NCBI GenBank assembly: GCA_002269645.1
Contig: NIVC01000230.1
Coordinates: 744,001 to 808,000, forward strand
Length of the DNA: 64,000 bases
DNA from: Macrostomum lignano
Lineage: Eukaryota
Direction of reading: 5' to 3'
Shown: positions 24,358-37,161 of the stretch, piece by piece
How positions within the stretch are numbered: the first letter of the stretch is position 1
How the letters are laid out: every line of letters starts with the position of its first letter
Translations under genes and position numbers: made by a program
The notes under the pieces: model-generated
Databases searched by the model: none
Told to the model about the DNA's origin: nothing
Seen by the model: only the letters and a program-made list of their open reading frames with translations

Positions 24358-25331
24358 AATATTCCCAAATGTTCTCTTTTTTAAGTCAAGACTAGGGCCT
24401 ATGGCCTATTTTTTTATATTTTAATAACCAATGACAATGTCTCAATCATTAGGCCACATTATTTTATAATAGGTCTAGATAATAGAGAATAGAGTAATTA
24501 GTTATCTAGTTAAAAATGTAGTAATTCATTAAAATATATTGTTTGGAAGATAGTCACCCTTAAAATTTATTGTTTTCTTAATGTATTTTTTAATTTTAAT
24601 TAATTATATTAAAGCGTATATATTATAATAGATTATCATTGTCATATAATCAAAATTCATTGTTAAATTTATAACATCTGCTAATTAATTTAGCAGATAT
24701 ATTATGATAAACAAACAAAATAAAATTAGACAAGTGTAAAGCCTTTGCTATTTGTTGGCAGTTTGACCATAGACAATAATACTTTTTATTTGTTTCCATT
24801 AAGACTTGTTTACTTGTTAACATTTTGGCCATAGACTATTGTAGCTTTTTAGTGTCAAATACATTATAACAAGTTTTGGAGCATAGTATTAGTGCCTGAT
24901 TAAGCTTAAGTCTCTTAAAAATAATTATGTGTACTTAAAATAGTTCATAAAGTATTTTTCTAGACTCAAAATAATTTAACAAATGGAACCTAACAATTGC
25001 CTAAAATTAAAATCTTTAAATCTTAATATCTTTAAATGATATCTTATTATTAGGCCTAATAAAAATAATAACTTTACTTTTTACATGACTTAGAATTTAG
25101 ATATCTCACTAGCAATCTACGCCCCCCCGTTGGGGAGCCAAAGAAATGCAATACACGTTTTTTAATAAGCTACATATATCCTTGGAATCTTAAAAAATCT
25201 CCTGTCAAACCTTGTAAGCCTTGACATGTCAATAATTCCCCCCCACAAGCTTTAGCACATCAACTTCCCCCCTTGACATCTTAGCAATGCCCCCAATAAG
25301 CCTTGGAAATCTAAAAATATCTGTCAACCTT

Positions 25332-25393
25332 CTAACCCTAACCCTAGCCTAACCCTAACCCTAACCCTAACCCTAACCCTAACCTAACCCTAA
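25332..25393. repeat. Interstitial telomere-type repeat (CCCTAA), about 10 copies, inside a degenerate satellite with a period of about 440 bp (about 25120-26200)
   Basis: TAACCC hexamers read directly. A decayed second copy lies at about 25745-25792. Related unit starts at about 25125, 25555 and 25995. Confidence 0.8.
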
Positions 25394-26199
25394 AGCATTG
25401 AAATTTCAGTAATTCTCTCTGAGAGTCATTATAGCACTACTACAGCAGTATAGCGATTCCCTGCAAGCCTCGACATCGTAGGGATTCCCAAATGAATCTC
25501 TTAACTTCGACATGAAGCTTCTTTTATTTTTTACATTACGCTTTTTTTATCAGCGATCCCTCCAATGAGGAGGCATCAAATAATGTAATAAAAAGTTTTC
25601 AATAAACTACATGTAGCTTCTGACTTTAGCCTTGAAATCTCAGCTATTCCCCCGTAAGCCTTAACATGTCAGCGATAGCCCCCATAAACCTTGAAATCTA
25701 AAAAATCCCCTGTTATTCTGTTAACCTTGAAACCCGATAAAATCTAACCCTCAACCCACACCTGACCTAAACCTAACTTTAACCCAACCTAAAGCCTTGA
25801 AATCTCAGCAATTCTTCTCCCCTAAGCCTTGACATTTTAGTGATTCCTTCTTTAAGAATCACAGCACTATAATGATTTCCACCTAGCTTTGACATCGTAG
25901 CAATTCCCAAATGAATCTTTTAACTTCGACATGACTTTTCTTTTATGTATACATAGTGCTACTTTTATTTTTTACATGACTCTTCTTCTATCAGCGTCCC
26001 CCCCGTGGTGAGCCAACAAAGAATGCAATAAAAAAATTGAGTAAAGTACATGAACTTTGAAGTAGCTTCTGACTTTTGCTTTGACATCTCAGAACCCCCT
26101 CCCCCCGTAATCTCAGTTATTCTCTGAGAGCCTTTACATCTCAGTTTTTCTCCCTAGCACAGCATTATAGCTGCATTTAATTTTTACATGACACCCTTC

Positions 26200-28170
26200 A
26201 TGTCTGACATGACGCTTCTTTTATTGTACCATGATGCTTCTTAATTTTTTAAATGACACTCATTAGTTTTTAAATGAGGCTTCTATGATTTTTTTACATG
26301 GCGCTTCTATGATTGTTTACATGAAGCTTCTATGATTTTTTACATGACGCTTCTATGATTTTTAAAATGACGCTTTTATGATTGTTTACATGACGCTTCT
26401 ATGATTGTTTACATGACACTTCTATGATTTTTTTAAATGACGCTTCTATGATTGTTTACATGACGATTCTATGATTTTTGACATGATGCTTCTATGATTG
26501 TTTACATGACGCTTCTATGATTGTTTACATGATGCTTCTATGATTTTTTACATGACGCTTCTATGATTGTTTACATGACGCTTCTATGATTGTTTACATG
26601 ACACTTCTATGATTGTTTACATGACGCTTCTATGATTTTTTAAATGACGCTTCTATGATTGTTTACATGACGCTTCTATGATTGTTTACATGACGCTTCT
26701 ATGATTGTTTACATGACGCTTCTATGATTGTTTACATGACGCTTCTATAATTGTTTACAAGAAGCTTCTATGATTTTTTACATGACGCTTCTATGATTCA
26801 TTACATGACGCTTCTATGATTGTTTACATGATGCTTCTATGATTTTTTACATGACGCTTCTATGATTCATTACATGACGCTTCTATGATTGTTTACATGA
26901 CGCTTCTATGATTTTTTACATGACGCTTCTATGATTGTTTACATGACGCTTCTATGATTGTTTACATGACACTTCTATGATTGTTTACATGACGCTTCTA
27001 TGATTTTTTAAATGACGCTTCTATGATTGTTTACATGACGCTTCTATGATTGTTTACATGACGCTTCTATGATTGTTTACATGACGCTTCTATGATTGTT
27101 TACATGACGCTTCTATAATTGTTTACAAGAAGCTTCTATGATTTTTTACATGACGCTTCTATGATTCATTACATGACGCTTCTATAATTTTTTTAAATGA
27201 CGCTTCTATGATTGTTTACATGACGCTTCGATAATTTTTTTAAATTACGTTTCTATGATTGTTTCCATGACGCTTCTATGATTGTTTACATGACGCTTCT
27301 ATGATTGTTTACATGACGCTTCTATGATTTTTTACATGACGCTTCTATGATTGTTTACATGACGCTTCTATGATTTTTTACATGACGCTTCTATGATTTT
27401 TTAAATGACGCTTCTATGATTGTTTACATGACGCTTCTATGATTATTTACATGACGCTTCTATGATTTTTTACATGACGCTTCTATGATTTTTACATGAC
27501 GCTTCTATGATTGTTTACATGACGCTTCTATAATTTTTTTAAATGACGCTTCTATGATTTTTTCCATGACGCTTCTATGATTTTTACATGACGCTTCTAT
27601 GATTTTTTACATGGCGCTTCTAAGATTTTTTAAAAAAACGCTTCTATGATTGTTTACATGACGCTTCTATGATTTTTTTAAATGACGCTTCTATGATTGT
27701 TTACATTACGCTTCTATGATTGTTTACATGACGTTTCTATGATTTTTTACATGACGCTTCTATGATTTTTACATGACGCTTCTATGATTGTTTACATGAC
27801 GCTTCTATAATTGTTTACATGAAGCTTCTATGATTTTTTACATGACGCTTCTATGATTCATTACATGACGCTTCTATGATTGTTTACATGACGCTTCTAT
27901 GATTGTTTACATGACGCTTCTATGATTGTTTACATGACGCTTCTATAATTGTTTACATGAAGCTTCTATGATTTTTTACATGACGCTTCTATGATTCATT
28001 ACATGACGCTTCTATGATTGTTTACATGACGCTTCTATGATTGTTTACATGATGCTTCTATGATTGTTTACATGACGCTTCTATAATTTTTTTAAATGAC
28101 GTTTCTATGATTGTTTACATGACGCTTCTATGATTGTTTCCATGACGCTTCTATGATTTTTACATGACGA
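26200..28170. repeat. About 23-bp minisatellite (ATGACGCTTCTATGATTGTTTAC), roughly 80 copies
   Basis: Direct reading. Confidence 0.97.
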
Positions 28171-28739
28171 TTCTTTTTAAAAAGTCTTTTAGTTTTCCTG
28201 ACGTTGAAAAGCTTTAATTAAAAAATTATACTCTATGAAAATTCGAACCATTGTCTCTGCATTTAGCAGTTCAGTTTGTTCACCTCTAGGCTAGCTCTCA
28301 TCGTTTTGATAACATCATAATTATATAATTCAACACTTGAAAATCCAAGCATAGAGTAAATCACACGAAGCAGTTATGACATAATCAGTTTCTCAGTCAG
28401 TCAGTATCAGTTAACAATATGGTTACGCAATTTAAATCAAGTCTGGTGCTACGCTTCCACACTGCATTTTCAATTCAAGTCAGAGTTACAATTCAGTTAT
28501 GATGCAATCTATTTCAGAATCAGAATTCAACCAGTCAGTTTTTTCTCTAGCATTCTTACAATGCATTTCAAGTCGAAAAGTTTGCTTGACCTTTGCAAAA
28601 AAGCATGTTTTTCGAATATTTAATGCCTTTAGCATCGAGCAATTTCTTAGCCACGATGCATGTACAGTCACGCAAAAATTTCTGATCGAACAGTGCAAGT
28701 TCGAACAAAATCGATCCAGCCATTTTTTCTCTAATCTAT

Positions 28740-28783
<44 letters not shown>

Positions 28784-29241
28784 TCACATTTTTAGTATAT
28801 AGGATTATGAAAAATAAGCTTTACAATATATGTAATTAAATTTATTTTTATTTCCATTTGCTTGCTGATCATCCCAGATAATAAAGCAAGGCAATAAACA
28901 GACAAAATGACTTATTCTTTTTGATTTTTGAAAAATTATTTTTTTGAATCTTTAAAATTAAGCTAGATAAAAGGTGCATGACCAAGATGGCCATAACTAT
29001 AAATGTCTAAATAGATAATTATAAGCCTAGGTCAATATACTTAATTTATTTTTTTGGTAGTAATTTGTATTATGTGTAGATTGAAAAGTCTTAGAGATAG
29101 GCCCCTATCTCTATATTATTAAATATTATTATATAATAGAATTATATTATATTATAAACATTCCCTTTGGCTTAAGCTTTTATTGTAGCTTTATCTATAG
29201 ATATTTATCCAATAAATAAAGCAAGTAGCCTAGGCCCTAGC

Positions 29242-29247
<6 letters not shown>

Positions 29248-29272
<25 letters not shown>

Positions 29273-29910
29273 AATACGCTGTCAGGATGGCAAAAGTCAG
29301 CGTCACAGGCGCACTTCATGGCTTGGGCACAAACAAAGGCCACGCCACCAGCAGTGTCCGGGGCACCAGCATCAGCCAGCAGACAGTCAACATAATGCCG
29401 AGTTTGTGCTTGACCTCACTGGTAGGGTTCCTGCAGTGTGAGCAGCAGCACCTCCTGCACCGGCTGTGGGCAGTACGACTCGGCATGGATGAGATGGCCT
29501 GCAAGCTGGAGTTGCTGATGGCGCAGTAGATCACTTGGACATGGCAGGCCAGCGCGGTGATAGAGTGCCGTGTTAGTGACTCGCTTGACGCCGATGTTGA
29601 AGGTGGCATGCAGTAGGCCAGCATGGGCTGCATTGACTTGCTGTTTGAGTGAGTCCGTCAGCGTCCAGGTCTTAGCATTGTACAGCAGGATGGTCTCTAT
29701 TACCGCCTGGAACAGCGCCACTCTCTGGCAGTCCAGTAGGGCCTCGGACTGCAGGACTGCCCTCACAGAACAAAAGGCAGCCCAGGCAAGCCTGCGGCGG
29801 TGTCGCAGGTCCTCGCGAGCATCTGGAACCAGACCACCAAGGTAGACAAACTGCTGACATCGCGGGAGTTCAGTCGCCTACCTGTCAGCACCTTGGCAGA
29901 ATATAGGAAA
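29248..29910 (-). mobile_element. 5'-truncated, degenerate RTE-clade LINE with (TTG)n tail
   Basis: Minus strand reads FVYLGG...AWAAF...ETILLYNAKTWTL...VTNTALY...QLAGHL, matching the RTE post-RT C-terminus. It ends in a (TTG)n tail. TAGCACAACA is a direct repeat at 29238-29247 and 29911-29920 (TSD). Confidence 0.85.
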
Positions 29911-30908
29911 TAGCACAACATAAATATACCTTGTTACACAGGGGTGGATTTAGGGGGGACAGCCATCCTCCCCCCAGAATAGGCTAGCTTGATAGAACAT
30001 ATTGCACCTTTTAAATTTGATTGTTTGCCTCCAAATGCTTTTTTGCATCCCTAAGATTGATTTTTGCCCCTTAGGGTAGGGCCTATATGCATTTTTTGTG
30101 CCTCCTACTCTTAGATTAAAAATTATTGCCCTTTATACTTGCAATGGCACTCTAAACTTGGACAGCCCCTCCAATGAAACTCTAGATCCATCTTCACCAA
30201 CCATCGTTGTTGCATATTGATTATATTTTTACATAGGCCTAGCATTACCATTAGCAATGATTTCTTGATTAACTGATAATGATAATAGATTTAATAGATG
30301 TATGTAATGATAGGAAATAAATGGGCACTAGGGCCTAACCCATAAGTTTTTGTATTATGGTAAATTAGTTTTAAATCTATATTTTATTGTTGTATTAATA
30401 TTTATGAATAGGCCTATGCTATGATTGATTAAATTATTAATATGATTAATATATTAATTACCATTAAGTTGTAAATGAATAGTAGGGCCTAGTCCCTACT
30501 AGTATAGTGAGAGTAAATATAATAATAGAGCCGAGGTTCAATGTTGCAGCCATCTTGGTCTTAGGCCTACACCAGATAAAATACTTGATTTTCTAATTCT
30601 TCTGAAACGCTTGCTACAAACTTAGGATGTGCCCAAAAAAAGCTAAAAACTGCTGAATTAGGCCGGCGCAGGTCCTAGGCCTACTTAGTTTTGTGTTTTA
30701 GTTTAGTGATGTGTGATGATGCCATGCAATACAATTGCAGCATAAATGTATGTTACACAGATCAATGGTGAGAAAACAGCCTGTCATTGTGGGAAATTTT
30801 GTGTATCTAAGATCAATATTGATACTACAAGTTCAAGTTTTTCGGAATATCTAGATTCTAGAAAGATGTTGCAAGGCCCGCTCGATCGATGGGTCTCGAT
30901 CGCTTCGT

Positions 30909-33385
30909 ATGTGAGGGTTTCCCGACAGATATTCAGACAGATATTCAAAACGATCATCTACTTTTAACAAAATGGACCAAACGGAACCATATTTTTGGCA
31001 GATGTTTACGCATGTGTTTGCAATCAAATGAGCCCAAATTTGTTTTATAATATAAAAAACTTTACGAAGTGCATTGTTTCAAAGATTGCTTGGCAACACC
31101 CTGATTCAGCATCTCTTCAACGTTTTCTGAAAATGATTCAATTTTTACATCCCATAAATGTGCCCCGTATCCCAAAAAGACAATGGACTAACTCTTACGC
31201 ATGTTTCAGCTGTAAAATGCCGCATCACGCGTCTAATAAAATACTTTACTTCTTGAATTATTTTCTTTTAAAGTGTGCTTGGAGATTTGCTTTTTTGAAG
31301 GCAAGTCATGAAACAGCGCATATTTGCTGATGTCAGAACTCCATTTCGCTCTCAAATTAAATGAATTTATAGTTCCATTCTTACGCATATCCCAGCTTTA
31401 GAATGACACCATTGAAGCTGAAAAAGAAACAGTATTTCCTGAGATATTCGACTCTAAAGTGTGCTTTGCTTTTGAGTCAATAACGCTTGACGTTGTATGT
31501 CGAAATATACGCCAAGAAATTGTGACACCATTTTTTGCTTACGAAACATAAAACTTAACTCGCTCTTTTACGCACGTCCCAGCTTTAAAATGACACCTCA
31601 GGCGTCGCCAAAGACGCCACCGTTCGTGAGATATTCGACTCGAAACATTGCTCGGCGTGTACAGACATTCACCTTATAAATCAAATGTATTCCCAATCTT
31701 TGTGCACGTGCGGTGCTCCACCTGTGCTTTTCAGTCAATTCCGATGAAATTTAACTCGCTCTTTTACGCACGTCCCAGCTTTAAAATGACACCTCAGGCG
31801 TCGCCAAAGACGCCACTGTTCGTGAGATATTCGACTCGAAACATTGCTCGGCGTGTACAGACATTCACCTTGAGAAGTCAATTGCAGTCAATCTTGGCGA
31901 AACTTTAATGAAGATATTTGATTCGAAACATTGCTCGCCGTTTAGTTCGAGCCATTATAAACTTTTGACCGAAACAGTAAATTCCATTTTTTCGATTTTT
32001 TGAATGGAGGCGAATCACCTGAATGATTGATAATTTTCGACAGTAAATATAATAATATTATTACATAACATTATAACATATTAATAATACGAGCGACAGT
32101 GTTACATCATTATTCACTGACTTCCGCTTAAATTTTGGCATACCTGCAATTAAAAGGGCTTTTAATAAATGATGCAGTTATCAGATTGCCAGCGGAAACA
32201 AGTTTTAGATGTCAATCTGGGAGCACGTTTTACAGACGGCGCTAGCAGCACTTCGGTCCCAACAGATTTTGTGGTGCCAGAAGAGGCAGGATGGACACTC
32301 AATCTAAAGGACGAAAACAATTGTGATATGTATATTTTATTTTATATTATGTATTATTTTTCTTGCAGTCTCAAGCTTACGTTGGGTGCAGTTAACGATT
32401 ATTGTACATTTGTCAAGAAGCAAACTGCGACCGAATAGGCAGGTGAAAACACCGCATGAGTAGGCGTCCTTCTGTTGAGTGCACATTCGATTAGCCAGGT
32501 TAAAGTGCTTATAGCGAAGGTGTTCAAGATGAGGATGTGGCAGTGGACTCTCAAGTTCGGTGCCAGTCAGAAGTGTGCTATGGTACACAAGTAGTAAAAG
32601 AAACTTTAGCAATCTACTGTGAATATACTGTGCAAATTCAACAAAAATCAACTCAAATATCTCACGAACGGTGGCGTCTTTGGCGACGCCTGAGGTGTCA
32701 TTTTAAAGCTGGGACGTGCGTAAAAGAGCGAGTCAAGTTTTATGTTTCGTAAGCAAAAAATGGTGTCACAATTTCTTGGCGTATATTTCGACATACAACG
32801 TCAAGCGTTATTGACTCAAAAGCAAAGCACACTTTAGAGTCGAATATCTCAGGAAATACTGTTTCTTTTTCAGCTTCAATGGTGTCATTCTAAAGCTGGG
32901 ATGTGCGTAAGAATGGAACTATAAATTCATGTAATTTGAGAGCGAAATGGAGTTCTGACATCAGCAAATATGCGCTGTTTCATGACTTGCCTTCAAAAAA
33001 GCAAATCTCCAAGCACACTTTAAAAGAAAATAATTCAAGAAGTAAAGTATTTTATTAGACGCGTGATGCGGCATTTTACAGCTGAAACATGCGTAAGAGT
33101 TAGTCCATTGTCTTTTTGGGATACGGGGCACATTTATGGGATGTAAAAATTGAATCATTTTCAGAAAACGTTGAAGAGATGCTGAATCAGGGTGTTGCCA
33201 AGCAATCTTTGAAACAATGCACTTCGTAAAGTTTTTTATATTATAAAACAAATTTGGGCTCATTTGATTGCAAACACATGCGTAAACATCTGCCAAAAAT
33301 TTGGTTCCGCTTGGTCCATTTTGTTAAAAGTAGTAGATGATCGTTTTGAATATCTGTCTGAATATCTGTCGGGAAACCCTCACAT
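30909..33385. mobile_element. Non-autonomous Mutator-like (MULE/foldback) DNA transposon with about 730-bp TIRs and a 9-bp TSD
   Basis: 30909-31635 and 32656-33385 are near-identical inverted repeats (ATGTGAGGGTTTCCC...GGGAAACCCTCACAT). TCGCTTCGT is a direct repeat at 30900-30908 and 33386-33394. No transposase seen. Confidence 0.88.
32205..32580 (-). pseudogene. Ulp1/C48-like protease C-terminal fragment followed by a PHD-finger-like half domain (cargo of the MULE)
   Basis: TQQKDAYSCGVFTCLFG (32445-32477 region) resembles the Ulp1 catalytic Gln...Cys motif. IECPSCLFWHHKICWDRSAASAVCKTC* (32303-32205) fits the CxxCxxWxHxxC...CxxC half of a PHD. Both are in the same frame, separated by two stops. 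Confidence 0.6.
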
Positions 33386-34195
33386 TCGCTTCGTCTCCTC
33401 GTGAATCGTGGCTTTTAATTTCCGAATTTTAAACTTTTATCCATTTCTTCTTTCTTTTTTGGTATTTTAAACTAATAGTTATAACAAACAGTTTGACTCA
33501 AAAAACGTTTAGAGAATTTATTTTACATTTTATAACGTTCTTTCGCTTTAAATAACAACAGCTAACCGAAAAGTGGTGATCTGGTAGTTTCCTATAATTT
33601 TCACAATGTGCAGGTGCAAATAAAAGGACTTTCATTAAAAATTGGACTTGGATAATGTATATGCGACGCAGGGCTGACTTCATGCAGTATTTTTACTTAG
33701 GTCAAATGCTTCAAAGTGCTTCACTGGTTTCCTTGGGCTGACAGCTCTCGATCACGTCTATCAAAAGTCAGATGGCAAATGACGTGTGCAGGTAAAATGC
33801 ATGTATGAGTACCTGTATGAGTTCGGTGCAGAGCTTCCCGTTAAATAAAACAAAGATGGTGCTGATTAAGTTAGACTTCGTCTGCTAAATTGCTCAGAAT
33901 TAGCTTGCAATAACTGAGGCTAAGCGGTTTTAAGTTAACCAAAACATGCACTCTACAAGGCTGCAGAATCGGTTTTCTTGTTGATGGATCTACTTTGCTA
34001 ATGTATTCGATATTCTCGCACCGAATTTGCTAAGTTGAGGTATTTCGACCTCAAAGTCCCCTTGATATTATTATGAGTGGACCCGTATGTTACGCATGCA
34101 TTCAAAAAGCGACTGATGTAGCATAAATATATACTATACGCAGTATTGCATGCAAATGTAAGTAATCCTTGTGTAGACACTAATAAGACATATAG

Positions 34196-34290
34196 CGCTT
34201 GCGGCGCCAAAATGAGTGCCTGCGGCGCTAAAATGAGTGCCTGCGGCGCTAAAATGAGTGCCTGCGGCGCTAAAATGAGGGCCTGCGGCG
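34196..34290. repeat. 21-bp tandem repeat (GCCTGCGGCGCTAAAATGAGT), about 4.5 copies
   Basis: Direct reading. Confidence 0.9.
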
Positions 34291-35589
34291 CTAAAATGAG
34301 TCCTATAACAACTCCAATTCCCAATATAATGTAGGAATTTTGTCATGTAGAATTCTTGGCTTTGTCACCCCGGCCCCATGCACTATATAAAATCCATGAC
34401 GACGTCCCTGCCCATAAATTTTATACATGGAGTAATTGTTGCTGCATGGTATACATATATATACTCAGCCACATATTGAAAAGTCGCCAGCCTTTGCCCC
34501 AGTGAGCAGTGTCTTTCAACCAGGCAGCGTGTCTATCACCTGGTCAACCATTTTGATTTTATAAAATATGCTTGAAAAAGCAATGAAAACCGGGCGGAAT
34601 TGCTCCTAAGTTTACTAAGGTGGCGACTTTTTACTGGTTGTTGCAGAGTATATTTGTATGGGATTACTGTAGTAGATCGCAAAAATTGATCGGATTGAGC
34701 CTACCACTTAGCTTCTTCAATTTGATTTCTATATTCCTAGTTTTTGATAGACTAAAATCCTAAAAACGTAACACGTACATGTATTTGGAGTAGTTTTAAC
34801 TGGGGCATAAGCACTACTATATAGTAGTATTGAGTTAAGCCCACCTCACGCTCTACAGCGCTCACAATTACGCGCTCCATTCACAATATACAGTGCGTGT
34901 ACCAGACGTTTAAAACAGTACAGTACAGTAAATTTCGTCAGAAAAAGCCCATATCCATTGAGAAGCTTTGAAGAGAATTAATGCGTTATGCACGTTAGGA
35001 TGGATTACGCGATGACTCACACAGCTGCTCCTGGAATTCTAGAGTGTGAGTACAGATCTTGACCCCAATGTACATATATAGCTGGGGTGTCAGGATTAGA
35101 ATTGGAAACTGAAAACTGACTGATGGGTGGCTGGAGGTCGACGGGCTCTCATGGGTCAAGAACTGCATTGGCGAGTACATACAGCTTTCTAACCCCAGCT
35201 ATTTTCTGCACCCCACTCCACACCCCACCCCCAGTCCACTGTACAGGCAAAAACTCGACTGCGTTATCGGAGTGTACACTGCAGCATGCGCGTACACGTT
35301 ATGGAATTTTTATATCTAGCTATACTAACTGCATTTAGCTATAGCTATAGTTTTAATTCCTTATTTAACAACAGCTACAAATATTCATATTTTAGCTAGA
35401 GAAACTGCTTGAGTCAACAGTAATCTACTTTAATAGATAATAATAAATAGAGAAGCTTTCTTCAGACACTATAGCAACAGGAATGTAAGTAAAAATGTTT
35501 TTTACTGTATTTTGAGGGGTTGCCACGCCATTTCATGTCAGGGGCTGCCCTGACATTTGAGAAGGGAGCCATTTCAGTTGATGTGAAGC

Positions 35590-36990
35590 ACCATGTCATT
35601 TCAGGAGAGGCGCCAATTCATTTTAAGAGAGGCGCCAATTCATTTCAGGAGAGGCGCCATTTCATTTGAGGAGAGGCGCCATTTCATTTTAGGAGAGGCG
35701 CCATTTCATTTGAGGAGGGGCGCCATTTCATTTGAGGAGAGGCGCCATGTCATTTGAGGAGAGGCGCCATGTCATTTCAGGAGAGGCGCCATGTCATTTC
35801 AGGAGAGGCGCCATGTCATTTGAGGAGAGGCGCCATTTCATTTGAGGAGAGGCGCCATTTCGTTTCAGGAGAGGCGCCATTTCATTTTAGGAGAGGCGCC
35901 ATTTTATTTTAGGAGAGGCGCCATTTCATGTTAGGAGAGGCGCCATTTCATTTTAGGAGGGGCGCCATTTCATTTCAGGAGAGGCGCCATTTCATTTTAG
36001 GAGAGGCGCCATTTAATTTGAGGAGAGGCGCCATTTAATTTGAGGAGAGGCGCCATTTCATTTGAGGAGAGGCGCCATTTCATTTGAGGAGAGGCGCCAT
36101 TTCATTTGAGGAGATGCGCCATGTCATTTGAGGAGATGCGCCATGTCATTTCAGGAGAGGCGCCATGTCATTTGAGGAGAGGCGCCATTTCATTTGAGGA
36201 GATGCGCCATGTCATTTGAGGAGAAGCGCCATTTCGTTTGGGGAGGGGCGCAATTTAATTTAATGAGAGGCGCCATTTCATTTGAGGAGATGCGCCATTC
36301 CATGAGGAGAGGCGCCAGTCCATGATGAGAGGCGCCAGTCCATGATGAGATGCGCCATTCCATGAGGAGAGGCGCCATTCCATGAGGAGAGGCGCCATTC
36401 CATGAGGAGAGGCGCCAGTCCATGATGAGAGGCGCCATTCCATTAGGAGAGGCACATTCTATTGAGGAAAAGGCGCCAGTTCATTTGAGGAGAGGCGCCA
36501 TTTCAGTTGAGGAGAGGCGCCATTTCATTTGAGGAGAGGCGCCATGTCATTTGAGGAGAGGCGCCATGTCATTTCAGGAGAGGCGCCATGTCATTTGAGG
36601 AGAGGCGCCATTTCATTTGAGGAGAGGCACCATTTCATTTGAGGAGATGCGCCATTTCATTTGAGGAGATGCGCCATGTCATTTGAGGAGATGCGCCATG
36701 TCATCTGAGGAGAGGCGCCATTTCGTTTGGGGAGGGGCGCAATTTCATTTGAGGAGAGGCGCCATTTCATTTGAGGAGATGCGCCATTCCATGAGGAGAG
36801 GCGCCAGTCCATGAGGAGAGGCGCCATTCCATGAGGAGAGGCGCCAGTCCATGATGAGAGGCGCCATTCCATGAGGAGAGGCGCCATTCCATGAGGAGAG
36901 GCGCCAGTCCATGATGAGAGGCGCCATTCCATTAGGAGAGGCACATTCTATTGAGGAAAAGGCGCCAGTTCATTTGAGGAGAGGAGGCGC
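35590..36990. repeat. 20-22-bp minisatellite (GGAGAGGCGCCATTTCATTTGA) with an internal block duplication of about 490 bp
   Basis: Direct reading. The distinctive ending CATTAGGAGAGGCACATTCTATTGAGGAAAAGG occurs at about 36441 and 36930. Confidence 0.95.
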
Positions 36991-37161
36991 CATTTCTCCC
37001 GTAAGTAGTGTATGCGGCTTCAGGTATAGCCAATGGATTATTGTCAGGAGTGGCGTTGTCTATGGCACAAAACGCGGTTCTTTCTCGTAACTGAAATACG
37101 CATAAGAATATTTCTTAAGCATAACGCAATTCGAATAGTCAAAACCTATAAGCATCAGAAC

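Noticed and set aside
30995-33296. Identical 111-aa ORFs on opposite strands (30995-31330 and 32961-33296)
   Set aside because: They mirror the TIRs of the foldback element; AT-rich with no protein features.
30910-33384. Classification as a Ginger element (TGT...ACA ends, Ulp1/PHD cargo)
   Set aside because: No 4-bp TSD flanks those ends, whereas a perfect 9-bp TSD flanks the ends one base further out.
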